From: Longimicrobiales bacterium
Lineage (GTDB): Bacteria > Gemmatimonadota > Gemmatimonadetes > Longimicrobiales > Gaopeijiaceae
Direction: 5' to 3'
DNA: 64,000 nucleotides
NCBI GenBank assembly: GCA_965197725.1
Contig: CBDANQ010000015.1
Span: forward strand, 1-64,000
Below the pieces are notes generated by a model that worked only from the letters and a program-made list of their open reading frames with translations, ran no database searches and was not told the DNA's origin. Of the stretch, positions 51,952 to 62,989 are shown piece after piece; the stretch's first letter is position 1, and the number at the start of each line of letters is the position of its first letter. Made by a program: the position numbers and the translations under genes.

Positions 51952-53565
51952 TCAGCCGTCCAGTTCGTACTTGGAGATCTTCCGATACAGCGTGCGCTCG
52001 CCAATGTCGAGCAGCTCCGCGGCCCTGCGACGATTCCCGTTCACCGACGAGAGCGCCGCGGCGATCGCCTGACGCTCGAGGTCCTCCATGGTCATGCCAG
52101 GGCGGAAGACCACAACGCCGTCTGAGTCGGGGGCCGATACGCTCTGTGGGGCGGGTTCCGCCGAAATGACCACATCGTCGAACCCGCTGGAGTCCGCGCC
52201 GGGAGAGTACGCCCCGATCTCGATCCCCGGCCCGGGGGAGAGCGCCGGACCCACGCGGCCGACCACGGCCTCACCCGGCAGCGTGATACCCTCCCCTCGC
52301 CGATACACGTCGAACTCTCGGCGCAGATCGTCCATGTCCACTCGGAGGTCGACGAGAGTCCGGAACACGAATTCGAGTTCGGGTCTGAGCTCCGCGGCGC
52401 CTTCCCGGTTACCGGTCACCCTGCGGATCGGCGCCGGCAACAACGACGGGCCCCGGCCCAGGCGGACCTCGTCCGGAATGTCTTCAGGCCGAATGATTCG
52501 GCCGGGCGCGAGCACGACCATCGACTCGACGAGGTTACGCAACTCACGCACGTTTCCCGGCCAGGAGTAGGCGGTGAGCATCTCCATCGCCTCGGACGAG
52601 ATCCCCGGGAAGTCGCGGTCGTGACGCTCCGACACTTCCCGAACGTATGACTGGACCAGAAGCGGGATGTCGTCACGGCGATCGCGAAGCGGTGGAAGCT
52701 CGATACCCAAGACGTTCAATCGGAAGAAGAGATCGCGCCGGAACTCCCCTATCGCGATGAGTTGCCTCAGGTCCTGGTTGGTTGCCGCAACGATGCGGAC
52801 GTCGACCTTGATGCTCTTCTCGCCGCCGACGCGGTGAAACTCCCGTTGCTCCAGCACGCGCAGAAGCTTTGTCTGCGTGGAGAGCGGCATGTCGCCGATT
52901 TCGTCCAGGAACGTGGTACCGCCGTCGGACAGCTCGAACAGGCCCCTGCGCGCGTCGATCGCGCCCGTGAAAGCGCCCTTCTCGTGCCCGAACAGTTCAG
53001 ACTCAAGGAGCGTGTCGGGGAGTGCCGCAACGTTGACCGCGATGAAAGGCTTATGCCGACGAGGTGAAAGCAAATGGATGCCGCGTGCGACGAGCTCCTT
53101 CCCCGTGCCCGACTCGCCTGTGACGAGCACGGTCGAGGCAACCGGCGCGATTTGCACCACGCGCTCCATCACCTGACGGATCGCGTCTGTCTCACCGATG
53201 ATGCCCGTCAGCGCCTGCAGCCGCCCACGCTCGATGAGTCGACTGCCCACGAGCACTACGTCGTCGACGTGCGACGTGGCCGGAAACACCTCGTCGCATC
53301 CGGGTCGCAGTGCCGGCGCCAACTCCGCGGCCGAGGCGATCGCGAAGACCGGAATGTGGAGCACCTGCCTCGCTTGTCTCGCCAATGCTCCCCCTCCCTC
53401 GGCGAGCCCTCCAGTGAGCACGAGCAGGACCGCGCCGTCGTCGGTCGTCAACTCTTCAGCCGGTGTCACCAGATCGGTCGAGTAGCCAGCGGACTTGAAG
53501 CCGTCTCTGAGTTGCCCCCCGCGCGCCAGGTCGTGCGTCGAGATGAGAACGCGATCCTCCGTCAT
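51952..53565 (-). CDS. Sigma54-dependent Fis-family enhancer-binding protein with degenerate receiver domain
   Basis: GESGTGKE, ESELFGHEKGAFTGA, FLDEI, FRRDLFFRL, WPGNVREL, C-terminal AAELLDIGERTLYRK. Confidence 0.95.
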   Translation of the reverse strand: MTEDRVLISTHDLARGGQLRDGFKSAGYSTDLVTPAEELTTDDGAVLLVLTGGLAEGGGALARQARQVLHIPVFAIASAAELAPALRPGCDEVFPATSHVDDVVLVGSRLIERGRLQALTGIIGETDAIRQVMERVVQIAPVASTVLVTGESGTGKELVARGIHLLSPRRHKPFIAVNVAALPDTLLESELFGHEKGAFTGAIDARRGLFELSDGGTTFLDEIGDMPLSTQTKLLRVLEQREFHRVGGEKSIKVDVRIVAATNQDLRQLIAIGEFRRDLFFRLNVLGIELPPLRDRRDDIPLLVQSYVREVSERHDRDFPGISSEAMEMLTAYSWPGNVRELRNLVESMVVLAPGRIIRPEDIPDEVRLGRGPSLLPAPIRRVTGNREGAAELRPELEFVFRTLVDLRVDMDDLRREFDVYRRGEGITLPGEAVVGRVGPALSPGPGIEIGAYSPGADSSGFDDVVISAEPAPQSVSAPDSDGVVVFRPGMTMEDLERQAIAAALSSVNGNRRRAAELLDIGERTLYRKISKYELDG

Positions 53566-54065
53566 GACCCGTCCAGCGGAGGCTCGTGCTTCCCACCTCC
53601 CCCGCCGAGAAGGTCCACCGCATGCGCGAGCAGCGGACCGAGCACCACCAGACCGTCTCTGACACCCCCGGTGCTCCCCGGCAAATTCACGATGAGGGTT
53701 CGCGCTCGGGTGCCAGCGACCCCCCGAGACAGAGCCGAATACGGCGTGTTCTCGAGCCCTACCACGCGAATCCGCTCTGCGATTCCCGGCGCTTCGCGAT
53801 CGAGCACGGACCTAGTCGCCTCCGGCGTGACGTCGCGGGGTGTGAGACCTGTGCCTCCGGTGGTCAGGATCACATCCAAGCCGAGATCGTCGCACCAGGT
53901 CACGAGACAGCGGACGATGTCCGTGGTCTCATCAACGACGACGCTTCGAGCCACCGTCTCGTGTCCCTTCTCAGCACACCATGAGCCGATGAGAGCGCCG
54001 CTCCGGTCCTCGCGCTCCCCGCGCGCGCATCCGTCGCTCACCGTAAGGATGCCGATGCGGATCAC
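53562..54065 (-). CDS. mog: MogA/MoaB molybdopterin adenylyltransferase
   Basis: TVSD, DRSG, TTGGTGLTPRDVTPEAT, SRG, NLPGS. Confidence 0.93.
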   Translation of the reverse strand: MIRIGILTVSDGCARGEREDRSGALIGSWCAEKGHETVARSVVVDETTDIVRCLVTWCDDLGLDVILTTGGTGLTPRDVTPEATRSVLDREAPGIAERIRVVGLENTPYSALSRGVAGTRARTLIVNLPGSTGGVRDGLVVLGPLLAHAVDLLGGGGGKHEPPLDGS

Positions 54066-55171
54066 CGTTTGATCGAGCCCGCGGTATAGAACGGCGAGCG
54101 CTGCACCGTAACATCGATTAGGCGGCCGCGCACGTCGATCTGGAGCCCGGTGCCGGGCTTGGAAAGCTCGGTGGGCACATACCCCATCGCGACCCCGATT
54201 CCGAGCGAGGGGCTGACGGTCCCGCTGGTGACGTTGCCGACCACCTCGTCCGCGTGCCTTACGTCATAGCCCGGTCGCGGAAAGCCCCTCGCCTCGAGGC
54301 GCATCGCCACGAGCCGACACGCAACTCCAGCCGCCTTCTGAGCGGCGAGCGCATCGCGACCGACGAAGTCCCCCTTGTCGAGCTTGGTGACCCAACCGAG
54401 GCCCGACTCGAGAGTGGTATGCTGCTCGTCGAGATCGTTGCCATAGAGCGCGTACCCCATCTCCAGGCGCAGCGAGTCACGGGCTCCGAGACCGACAGGG
54501 ATGAGGCCGACGCCGGCGCCCGCTTCCAGCAGCGCGTCCCACAACCCCGGCGTGTCGTTCGCGTCGACGTACAGTTCGAACCCGTCCTCGCCGGTATAGC
54601 CGGTCCCGCTGATGACGGCGGGAACCCCAGCGACCTCGCCCTCGGTGAAGCGGTAGTACTTCACCTCATCGACGCCGATGCTCGTGAGCGGTCGGAGGAT
54701 TTCCCGCGCCACGGGCCCCTGTAACGCGAGCAGCCCGGTGCCCTCCGACACGTCTTCCAGCTCGCACTCGAACGCCTGCGACTGGCCCTCGATCCAAGCC
54801 CAGTCCTTGGCCAAGTTCGAGGCGTTCACGACCAACATGTAGTGGTCGCGGAAGCGGTAGATGAGGAGGTCGTCGACGATGCCGCCGTCCTCCAGGCACA
54901 TCGCCGAGTACTGCGCCTGACCGATGTCGATCGTGGCCGCATCGTTCACCGATGCGTGTTGGACCAGATCCAGCGCCTGCGGGCCCCGCACGACGAACTC
55001 ACCCATGTGCGAGACGTCGAAGAGGCCTGCGGCCTCTCGGACCGCACGGTGTTCCGCGGTGATCCCGGTAGGGTACTGAACAGGCATCTCGAAACCGGCA
55101 AAGGGAACGATCTTCCCGCCGGCGGCGACGTGACGGTCGTACAGAGGGGTGCGCTTGAGCGCGTCGGTCAT
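54062..55171 (-). CDS. gcvT: Glycine cleavage system T protein
   Basis: [43 protein letters not shown] 55171 overlaps the argF stop. Confidence 0.97.
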   Translation of the reverse strand: MTDALKRTPLYDRHVAAGGKIVPFAGFEMPVQYPTGITAEHRAVREAAGLFDVSHMGEFVVRGPQALDLVQHASVNDAATIDIGQAQYSAMCLEDGGIVDDLLIYRFRDHYMLVVNASNLAKDWAWIEGQSQAFECELEDVSEGTGLLALQGPVAREILRPLTSIGVDEVKYYRFTEGEVAGVPAVISGTGYTGEDGFELYVDANDTPGLWDALLEAGAGVGLIPVGLGARDSLRLEMGYALYGNDLDEQHTTLESGLGWVTKLDKGDFVGRDALAAQKAAGVACRLVAMRLEARGFPRPGYDVRHADEVVGNVTSGTVSPSLGIGVAMGYVPTELSKPGTGLQIDVRGRLIDVTVQRSPFYTAGSIKR

Positions 55172-56070
55172 CCCATGAGCTCCAGCAAGATCGCCTTTTG
55201 AGCGTGCAAGCGATTCTCCGCCTCGTCGAAGATGCGGGACTGGGGTCCGTCGATAACGCCCGCGGTGACTTCCTCCCCGCGGTGGGCCGGCAAGCAGTGG
55301 AGGAAGATCGCCGAGGGAGTGGCTTGGCCCATGAGTGCTTCGTCCACCAGAAACCCCTCGAAGGCCACCATGCGCTCCCGAGCCTCCTCCTCCTGGCCCA
55401 TCGAAGCCCAGACGTCGGTGGTGACGACGTCCGCGCCCTGCACGGCCTCTGAGGGATCGCGGGTCAACACGACAGCGGCTTCGCCCTCGGCCCGCGCCAC
55501 GATCTCGGGATCGGGGTCGTATCCCTCGGGACACGCCAGGCGCATCGAGAAGCCCAGGCGGTACGCCGCGTTCAGCCACGAATTGGCCACGTTATTGCCA
55601 TCTCCGATCCACGCCACCGTGCGCGATGCGTGCTCGTTTCCAAACTCCTCAGCCATCGTCTGCAGGTCGGCAATGATCTGGCACGGATGCAAGAGGTCAG
55701 TGAGCCCATTGATCACCGGAATCGACGCGTGCCCCGCGAACTCCTCCACCTCGGCGTGCGTGAACGTGCGAATCATGATGCCGTCGACATAACGCGAGAG
55801 CACCTTGGCGGTGTCGTGCACGGTCTCGCCACGAGCTATTTGGCTGTCCCCGTCCGAGAGGAAGAGCGCGTGCCCCCCGAGTTGGCTCATGCCCACTTGG
55901 AACGACACTCGTGTGCGCGTGGAGCTCTTGCGGAAGATCATCGCCAGGGTCTTCCCGGTGAGCTGTGCTCCATCGACGCCCGCCTTCAGTAAGCGCGCAC
56001 GCTCGAGCAGCTGTGTGAGCTCGTCACGACTGAAGTCCGCGATCGCGAGGAAGTCTCGCTTCTTAGCCAC
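55168..56070 (-). CDS. argF: Ornithine carbamoyltransferase
   Basis: STRTR, HPCQ, GDGNNV, SMG, HCLP. Confidence 0.96.
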   Translation of the reverse strand: MAKKRDFLAIADFSRDELTQLLERARLLKAGVDGAQLTGKTLAMIFRKSSTRTRVSFQVGMSQLGGHALFLSDGDSQIARGETVHDTAKVLSRYVDGIMIRTFTHAEVEEFAGHASIPVINGLTDLLHPCQIIADLQTMAEEFGNEHASRTVAWIGDGNNVANSWLNAAYRLGFSMRLACPEGYDPDPEIVARAEGEAAVVLTRDPSEAVQGADVVTTDVWASMGQEEEARERMVAFEGFLVDEALMGQATPSAIFLHCLPAHRGEEVTAGVIDGPQSRIFDEAENRLHAQKAILLELMG

Positions 56071-56073
56071 GTT

Positions 56074-57555
56074 CTACAGGATGTAGCGGATGAGGTCTTC
56101 GTCCTCGGAAATCTTGGCGAGTCGGTCCTGCACGAAGGCCGGGTCGACGTGTATGGCGTCGGTTCCCGCTTCCGGGAGATTGAACAGGACTGCTTCCAAC
56201 AGCGTCGTCATCACGGTCTGCAGCCTACGGGCACCGATGTTCTCGAGGCGCTCGTTGAGCTGCATCGCGATTCGCGCGATCTCCGCTATGGCGTCGGCGG
56301 TGAACTCGATCTTGGCGCCTTCCGTCTCGATCATCGCCCGGTACTGCTCCAGGAGCGCGTTCTTCGGCTCCTGCAGAATGCGCACGAAATCCTCTTCCAC
56401 GAGACTCCGCAGCTCCACGCGAACCGGGAAGCGACCTTGCAGTTCCGGAATCATGTCGGACGGTTTCGACACGTGGAAGGCACCGGCAGCAATGAAGAGG
56501 ATGTGGTCCGTCCGCACGAGGCCGTACTTGGTGGAGACGGTGGAACCCTCGACGATCGGCAGCAGATCTCGCTGCACACCCTCGCGGCTCACGTCGGGCC
56601 CCTGCCCCCCCCCCTGTCCCACCACCTTGTCGATCTCGTCGAGAAAGACGATCCCCATCTCCTCAGCGCGGTACAGCGCTTCGTTCACGACCTCGTCCAT
56701 GTCGACGAGCTTGTCGAGTTCGTCTTGCAGGAGGATCCGCCTCGCCTCAGCGACCGACACGGTCCGTCGCTTGGTCTTCTTCGGCAGCATGTCCTGCAAC
56801 ATCTCGGTGAAGCTGTGATCGAGCCCGTCGCCACCACCCATCGGGATCATCATCCCTTCGATGTTCGGGGTCTGGCTCACTTCGATCTCGATCTCGCGGT
56901 CCTCCAGTTTCCCGTCGATCAGGAGCTTGCGGAGCTTGTCTCTGGTGCGTTGCCGACGCTCGACCATTCCCTCTTCGTGTTCTTCGGCCACGCCAGTCGG
57001 GCCCGCGACGAAGATGTGCGGTCGCTCGTCACCCGGTGGCGGCTCCGGGTCCGGATTCGACACGGGCAGCAGCAGCTCCAGGATGCGTTCCTCGGCCCGC
57101 GCCTCGGCGGTTTCCTGTACCTCGTACTCGCGATCCGCTCGCACCAAGTTGATGGAGATGTCGACCAGGTCGCGGATCATCGACTCGACGTCTCGACCCA
57201 CATACCCGACCTCGGTGAACTTGGACGCCTCCACCTTCAGGAACGGCGCCCCCGCAAGCCCCGCGAGGCGGCGTGCGATTTCTGTCTTCCCCACGCCGGT
57301 GGGGCCGATGAGAATGAGGTTGTTCGGCGCGATCTCATGCCGCATCTCCTCGTCGACGCGCTGCCGCCTCCAGCGATTCCGCAGCACGATCGCGACCGCC
57401 TTCTTCGCATCGTCCTGTCCGATGATGTACTTGTCGAGTTCGGAGACGATCTGACTCGGCGTGAGTTCGTCCAGCCAAACCGGCTCCTGTGGCTCGTCGT
57501 CAGCTGTCAGCGGCTGTTCCGCCGGGCCCTGGGATTCGAGCGCGTTGCCCGTCAT
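56074..57555 (-). CDS. hslU: HslU ATPase
   Basis: [44 protein letters not shown]. Confidence 0.98.
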   Translation of the reverse strand: MTGNALESQGPAEQPLTADDEPQEPVWLDELTPSQIVSELDKYIIGQDDAKKAVAIVLRNRWRRQRVDEEMRHEIAPNNLILIGPTGVGKTEIARRLAGLAGAPFLKVEASKFTEVGYVGRDVESMIRDLVDISINLVRADREYEVQETAEARAEERILELLLPVSNPDPEPPPGDERPHIFVAGPTGVAEEHEEGMVERRQRTRDKLRKLLIDGKLEDREIEIEVSQTPNIEGMMIPMGGGDGLDHSFTEMLQDMLPKKTKRRTVSVAEARRILLQDELDKLVDMDEVVNEALYRAEEMGIVFLDEIDKVVGQGGGQGPDVSREGVQRDLLPIVEGSTVSTKYGLVRTDHILFIAAGAFHVSKPSDMIPELQGRFPVRVELRSLVEEDFVRILQEPKNALLEQYRAMIETEGAKIEFTADAIAEIARIAMQLNERLENIGARRLQTVMTTLLEAVLFNLPEAGTDAIHVDPAFVQDRLAKISEDEDLIRYIL

Positions 57556-58118
57556 GCCTCCCCTCCAACATCGTCTTCACCCAGCTCGAGCACGACGATG
57601 TCCCGATTCGTGTAGATACAGATGTCCCCTGCGATCTCCAGCGCGCGCTGGACGATCTCGGGGGCTTCGAGGTTCGAGTGCTCCTGAAGCGCGCGGGCCG
57701 CCGCCAGCGCGAAGGAGCCACCAGAGCCGATCGCGAGCACTCCGTCGTCGGGTTCGATGACGTCACCGGTACCACTCAGCAGGAACAAGTGATCCCTGTC
57801 GGCCACCGCGAGCAGCGCGTCCAGCCGGCGCAAGTAGCGGTCGGTACGCCAGTCCTTGGCGAGCTCGACGACGGCCCTACGCATGTTGGCCGGATACCGC
57901 TCGAGCTTCTCCTCGAGCTTCTCGAAGAGCGTGAACGCATCCGCGACCGCGCCCGCAAAACCCGCGAGGATCGTGCCGTCCTTCAAGGATCGGACTTTGC
58001 GCGCTTTGCCCTTCACTACGGTGTCGCCCATCGTGACTTGCCCGTCTCCACCCATAGCGACCCGGCCATCACGACGGACCGCGAGCACGGTCGTCGCTCG
58101 GGCTTCCGGTAGTGTCAT
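57552..58118 (-). CDS. hslV: HslV protease (short propeptide before the catalytic Thr)
   Basis: [39 protein letters not shown]. Confidence 0.97.
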   Translation of the reverse strand: MTLPEARATTVLAVRRDGRVAMGGDGQVTMGDTVVKGKARKVRSLKDGTILAGFAGAVADAFTLFEKLEEKLERYPANMRRAVVELAKDWRTDRYLRRLDALLAVADRDHLFLLSGTGDVIEPDDGVLAIGSGGSFALAAARALQEHSNLEAPEIVQRALEIAGDICIYTNRDIVVLELGEDDVGGEA

Positions 58119-58172
58119 CTGTCGCAACTCTCGTGGAATTCCATCGTGGCACGGCTGAATGGAGCGGTTGGG

Positions 58173-58189
58173 TGCAAGCGCGGGGCCAC
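58173..58189 (-). promoter_or_regulatory. Sigma54 promoter of hslV
   Basis: Minus strand GTGGCCCCGCGCTTGCA, with GG-N10-GC spacing. Confidence 0.7.
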
Positions 58190-58205
58190 TAATCTAACGC
58201 TGGCG

Positions 58206-58220
58206 CTGCCGAAATGGCAG
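58206..58220. promoter_or_regulatory. Palindromic operator/UAS candidate upstream of hslV
   Basis: CTGCC-GAAAT-GGCAG, the same core as at dnaK. Confidence 0.65.
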
Positions 58221-58236
58221 TCTAGCGGGCCCGACG

Positions 58237-59181
58237 CTACTCGCCTCGCGGGTGCGCGTCCCTGTAGACCCGAATCAAGCGGTCTTTGGTCGTGTGCGTG
58301 TAGATCTGGGTCGTGGACAGCGAAACGTGGCCGAGCAGCTCCTTGACCGCGAGCAGATCGGCTCCCGCGTCCAACAGATGGGTCGCGAAGGAGTGTCGTA
58401 GCGCGTGAGCGGAGAGTCCCCGCGCGCCGGCGGCCACTTCGAAACAGGCGCTCACCGCGGCCTGGATGGAGCGGCGCGAGAGCCGTCCACCGCGTGCGTT
58501 CACGAGCAGCGCGTCGTCCGCGCGGTTCGGTACCTCTGCGCGCCGTGGCTCGTAGTGAGCGATTGCGGTGAGAGACGCATCGGAAACGGGAACGATGCGT
58601 TCCTTCCTGCCCTTGCCCATCACGCGGACCAGCTTCGAGCCCGGGTCGATCGAACCGAGGTCGACGGCGTGCAACTCGGAGAGCCGTAAGCCGCTCCCAT
58701 AGAGAAGCTCGAGAATGACGAGGTCACGGGCGGTACTCAGCGTGTTGTGTTCGGCTCGCTTCTTCGCCTCAGCGAAGACGTCTCGCACGTCCCCACGGGT
58801 CAGATGCCCCGGGAGCGTTTTTTCGGTCTTCGGAGCTCGCACGGCGCTCGCCGGGTTGCTCGGTATGCGGTCCTCGCCGTGCAAGAATCTGAAGAAGGAT
58901 CGAGTCGCCGAGAGCTTTCGACCGACCGTGCGCTTGCTCAGCCCCTTGCGACCGAGCCAGCCCATGAAGCCCCGCAGAGCAAGACGGTCTACGTCCTTGT
59001 CGGCCCAGCGCCAATGCGCGTGGCCGAGATACCCGGTCAGGAATTCGCTCAGCTGGCGCAGGTCGAGCTCATAGGCCGTGACCGTGTGGCCCGAGAGTTG
59101 CCGTTCGGCAGCGAGGTGTCGCAGGAAGTCTCGAACCTCGGTGCTCGCCGGGTGACCGTTCAGGAGACCGCCCTCAGTCAC
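58237..59181 (-). CDS. xerC: Tyrosine recombinase XerC
   Basis: LYGSGLRLSE, GKGRKER, HALRHSFATH, LGH, TTQIY; topA-trmFO-xerC-hslVU context. Confidence 0.92.
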   Translation of the reverse strand: MTEGGLLNGHPASTEVRDFLRHLAAERQLSGHTVTAYELDLRQLSEFLTGYLGHAHWRWADKDVDRLALRGFMGWLGRKGLSKRTVGRKLSATRSFFRFLHGEDRIPSNPASAVRAPKTEKTLPGHLTRGDVRDVFAEAKKRAEHNTLSTARDLVILELLYGSGLRLSELHAVDLGSIDPGSKLVRVMGKGRKERIVPVSDASLTAIAHYEPRRAEVPNRADDALLVNARGGRLSRRSIQAAVSACFEVAAGARGLSAHALRHSFATHLLDAGADLLAVKELLGHVSLSTTQIYTHTTKDRLIRVYRDAHPRGE

Positions 59182-60505
59182 CAGCCGATGGTGCGACGAA
59201 AGCTCCGAGTCCGTGCCCCGCCATCCAGGTCAAGAAGTCTTCCTGGGCACGCTCGGCGAGCGCTTGTCGCCTCTGCTTCTTGCCTTTAATTCGCCTTTCG
59301 AGCGGCTCAACCAACCCCCAGTTCGAGTTCATCGGCTGAAAGTGACCTGGTTGGGCTTCCCTCAGGTATTGGAAGAGTCCGCCGAGCATGGTCGTCGGGG
59401 GCGGCACGATCGCGTCTTCGCAAGCGAGAACTCGAGCCAGGTTGATGCCCGCCAGGATTCCGCTTGCCGCCGACTCCGTGTATCCCTCCACGCCAGTGAG
59501 CTGCCCCGCGAAAACGACGTCCGGACGAGACGCCGGGGCTCCGTACAACGAGAGCCGCTCGGGGAAGTTCAGATAGCTATTCCGGTGAATCGAACCCAGG
59601 CGCAGGAATTCCGCGTCGGCAAGCCCCGGAATCATGGAGAAGATCCGGCGCTGCTCACCGACCCTGAGACGAGTCTGAAAACCGACCATGTTCCACATTT
59701 GACCGGTGCGATCTTCGCGGCGGAGCTGGACGACCGCCCACGGTCGGTCGCCCGTCCGTGGATCTGTGAGACCGATCGGCTTCATGGGTCCGAAGCGGAG
59801 GGTGTCGAGACCGCGGGACGCCATGACCTCGACGGGCAGACACCCCTCGAAGTACGGCACGGCATCCCAATCGTGGCCCTCGTGGACTTGACCCGTGTTC
59901 AGCGCCTTGATGAACGCGGCGTACTCCTCCTCGTTCATCGGACAGTTCAGATAGTCGGAGTCCTCATCGAAGCGGCCCGCTTCGAAGACTACGCTCTCGT
60001 CCACACTGTCACGGTGCACGATCGGAGCGATCGCGTCGAAGAATGCGAGGCCGCCGTCGCCGAGAGCCTCCTGGATCGCGCTCGAGAGCGCGTCAGAGGT
60101 GAGAGGGCCCGTGGCGATGATCGCGGGGCCTTCGGGCAGCCCCGTGCACTCCTCCCTCACGACCTGGATTCGTGCCTCGGCCTCCACCGCGGCGGTCATC
60201 GCCTGCGCGAAGAGGCCGCGGTCCACCGCGAGCGCCGACCCCGCCGCCACCCGCGACTGCTCGGCCGAGCGCAGCAGAACCGATCCGAGCGCTCTCATCT
60301 CCCGCTTGAGCTGGCCGTGGGCGTTCTCGGGGCCCTCGCTCTTGAAGGAGTTCGTGCACACGAGCTCGCCGAGGTCCTCGGTCTGGTGTGCCTCAGTGCT
60401 GCGCACGGGACGCATCTCAACGAGGTCAACGTCGTGCCCCCTCTGTGCGAGCTGAAGCGCGGCTTCACAACCGGCCAGCCCTCCTCCGACTACAGTGACC
60501 GTCAC
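59174..60505 (-). CDS. trmFO: tRNA m5U54 methyltransferase TrmFO (Gid)
   Basis: GGGLAGCEAA, ELVCTNS, FEGCLP, GPMKP, VGFQT, HRN, GVEGY.ES. Confidence 0.97.
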   Translation of the reverse strand: MTVTVVGGGLAGCEAALQLAQRGHDVDLVEMRPVRSTEAHQTEDLGELVCTNSFKSEGPENAHGQLKREMRALGSVLLRSAEQSRVAAGSALAVDRGLFAQAMTAAVEAEARIQVVREECTGLPEGPAIIATGPLTSDALSSAIQEALGDGGLAFFDAIAPIVHRDSVDESVVFEAGRFDEDSDYLNCPMNEEEYAAFIKALNTGQVHEGHDWDAVPYFEGCLPVEVMASRGLDTLRFGPMKPIGLTDPRTGDRPWAVVQLRREDRTGQMWNMVGFQTRLRVGEQRRIFSMIPGLADAEFLRLGSIHRNSYLNFPERLSLYGAPASRPDVVFAGQLTGVEGYTESAASGILAGINLARVLACEDAIVPPPTTMLGGLFQYLREAQPGHFQPMNSNWGLVEPLERRIKGKKQRRQALAERAQEDFLTWMAGHGLGAFVAPSAGD

Positions 60506-62989
60506 TGCTTTCCCCGCCGCCGGCCTTTCTTTGCACCCTTCCGCGCCGCCTTCTTGGCAAGTAAGTCCACAGCGAGGTCGAGGTCCACGTCCTCCGGTTC
60601 GGTGCGCTTGGGCAGCGTCGCGTTGATGCTTCCGTCGGTCACAAACGGACCGTACCGGCCGGAAAGTATCACCAGCTCGTCGCCGGAATCAGGGTGTTTT
60701 CCCAGCTCCCTGAGTGCCGTTCGCTTCCCGGAGGCCTTGGCCCTTATCAACTCGACCGCCTCCTCCAAGGTTACCGACCACATATGATCGTGATCCTTGA
60801 GGCTCGCGAACGTCTTACCCCTGCGTACGAACGGGCCGAAGCGGCCGAGGCCAGCGACGATCTCCTCGTCGGTCTCGGGGTCCACGCCGATGGGGCGCGG
60901 CAGCTCCAGCATCTTCACCGCGTAGTCCAGATCTACGTCCTGGGGCCGCTTACCCTTAGGCAGGCTCGAGCGCTTCGGCTCCTTGCCTTCCTCCTCCGAC
61001 TCGAGTTCGATGTACGGGCCATATGGGCCGTACTTGAGTCGGACCAAGCCTCCCTTCTCGGGATGCGGACCGAGTTCGTCACCCTCGGGATTGAAGCCGT
61101 CCAGTGAGCGGGTGCTCCTGCACTCGGGGTACCCGGAGCAGCCGAGGAAGCGACCGAACCGATTCCAGCGCACGAGCATGGGCCGACCGCACCGATCACA
61201 GTTCTCACCCTCGGCGGCCAGGATCTCCTTGATGATCGCGTCGGAGTTGGCGTCGCCCGCCTCGATGCGCTCGCGGAGCCGCGGGTAGAAGTCCTCGAGC
61301 AGGCTGCGCCACCCGACCTCACCGTCCTCGACACCGTCAAGCTCGTTCTCCATCCGGCTGGTGAACTCGACGTCGAACAGGTCCGGGAAGATGCGGACGA
61401 GCAACTTCGACACGACCTCGCCAAGATCAGTCGGGTGGAAGCGACGCTGCTCGAGTTCCACGTAGCCCCGGTCGATGATCACCGAGATGGTCTGCTCGTA
61501 CGTGGAGGGGCGCCCGATGCCGAGCTTCTCCATCTCCTTGACGAGGCTCGCCTCCGAGTACCGCGGCGCAGGCTGCGTGAAGTGCTGCTTCGGCTCGATG
61601 CGCCCGAGCTCAGCGACATACCCATGGTTCAGGTCAGGAAGGGGCTCCAGATCGTCGAGGCGCCGGTGCTCTCCGGCTTCGGTCGCCTCCAGGTAGAGCC
61701 GGGTGAAGCCCCGGAACTTCACGATCGAGCCGGTCGAGCGAAACAAGAAATGTCGCCCTGAGCCGCCAGCGAGGTCGAAATCCACCGTCGTGGTGTCGTA
61801 CACCGCCGGCGACATCTGGCTCGCGACGAAACGGAGCCAGATGAGTTCGTACAGCTTGGCCTGGTCCTGCTCGAGGTACTGCGAGGCTTCCGAAGGGTGG
61901 AGCGTGACGTCCGTCGGACGAACGGCCTCGTGCGCGTCCTGCGCCGCCCGCTGCTGCTTGCCACCATACAGCCGCAGTGATTTCGGAATGTACGAGTCCC
62001 CGAACTCAGCCGTGATCCACGTCCGTGCTTCATCGACCGCGGTCGGGGAGACCCGAGTCGAGTCCGTTCTCATGTACGTGATGAGACCTATTTGGCCCCG
62101 GCTACCGATGGTCTGGCCCTCGTACAGCCGTTGAGCGTTGGTCATCGTCCTGCGGGCCGAAAAACGCAACCGCTTCGCCGCCTCTTGCTGCAACGTCGAG
62201 GTGGTGAACGGCGCGGCCGGATTCTTCCGCCGCTCGCGTCGCTTGACGTCGGTGACCGCAAACGGCACGTCCGCTAGGTCGCGCACAACGCCGGCTGCAG
62301 CCTCTTCGTTCTCGAGAGTGAACTTCTTGCCGTCGATCTGGTGCAGCTTGGCCTCGAACGCTTGATCGTCGCGGCTCAAGTGCGCGGTGATCGACCAGTA
62401 CTCCTGCTCGACGAATGCGCGGGACCTCGTCCTCGCGCTCGCCAGGATGAGCCGGAGCGCCACGGTCTGCACTCTGCCTGCCGACAGCCCCGGACGGATC
62501 GGCTTCCAGAGCATGGGGCTGACCTGGTACCCGACGAGCCGGTCGAGAATCCGACGCGCCTGCTGGGCTTCGATCTTCTTGGTGTCCAGCACTTCCGGAG
62601 CGTCCAGAGCAGCCTGAACCGCACGCTTGGTGACTTCTCGGAACGTGACCCGCTGGAAACGGCCCTCGGTCCTTCTCGTACCCAAGCTGCTCCGCGACGT
62701 GATACGCGATCGCCTCGCCTTCACGATCGGGGTCGGTCGCGAGGATGATGCGATCAGCGCCCTTGGCTTTCTTCTTGAGTTCCTCGATCACCTTGCCCTT
62801 GCCCCTGATCGTCACGTACTTGGGCTCGAAACCGTTGTCGACGTCGACGCCCAGTTCCTTGGTGGGCAGGTCCCGGACGTGGCCCACGGACGCCACGACC
62901 TCATATCCCTTGCCGAGGTATTTTCCGATTGTGCGTGCCTTCGCCGGGGACTCGACGATGACGAGGCGCCTACCGCCGTTGTCGCTCAT
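60502..62989 (-). CDS. topA: DNA topoisomerase I; frameshifted as sequenced (probable sequencing error)
   Basis: LVIVESPAK and [12 protein letters not shown] lie in one frame; [22 protein letters not shown] and GIGRPSTY lie in another; the switch is at about 62665. Confidence 0.93.

Noticed and set aside
58237..59181. Tyrosine recombinase as a phage or island integrase
   Set aside because: It sits in the housekeeping topA-trmFO-xerC-hslVU order with no att repeats or cargo, so it is called XerC.
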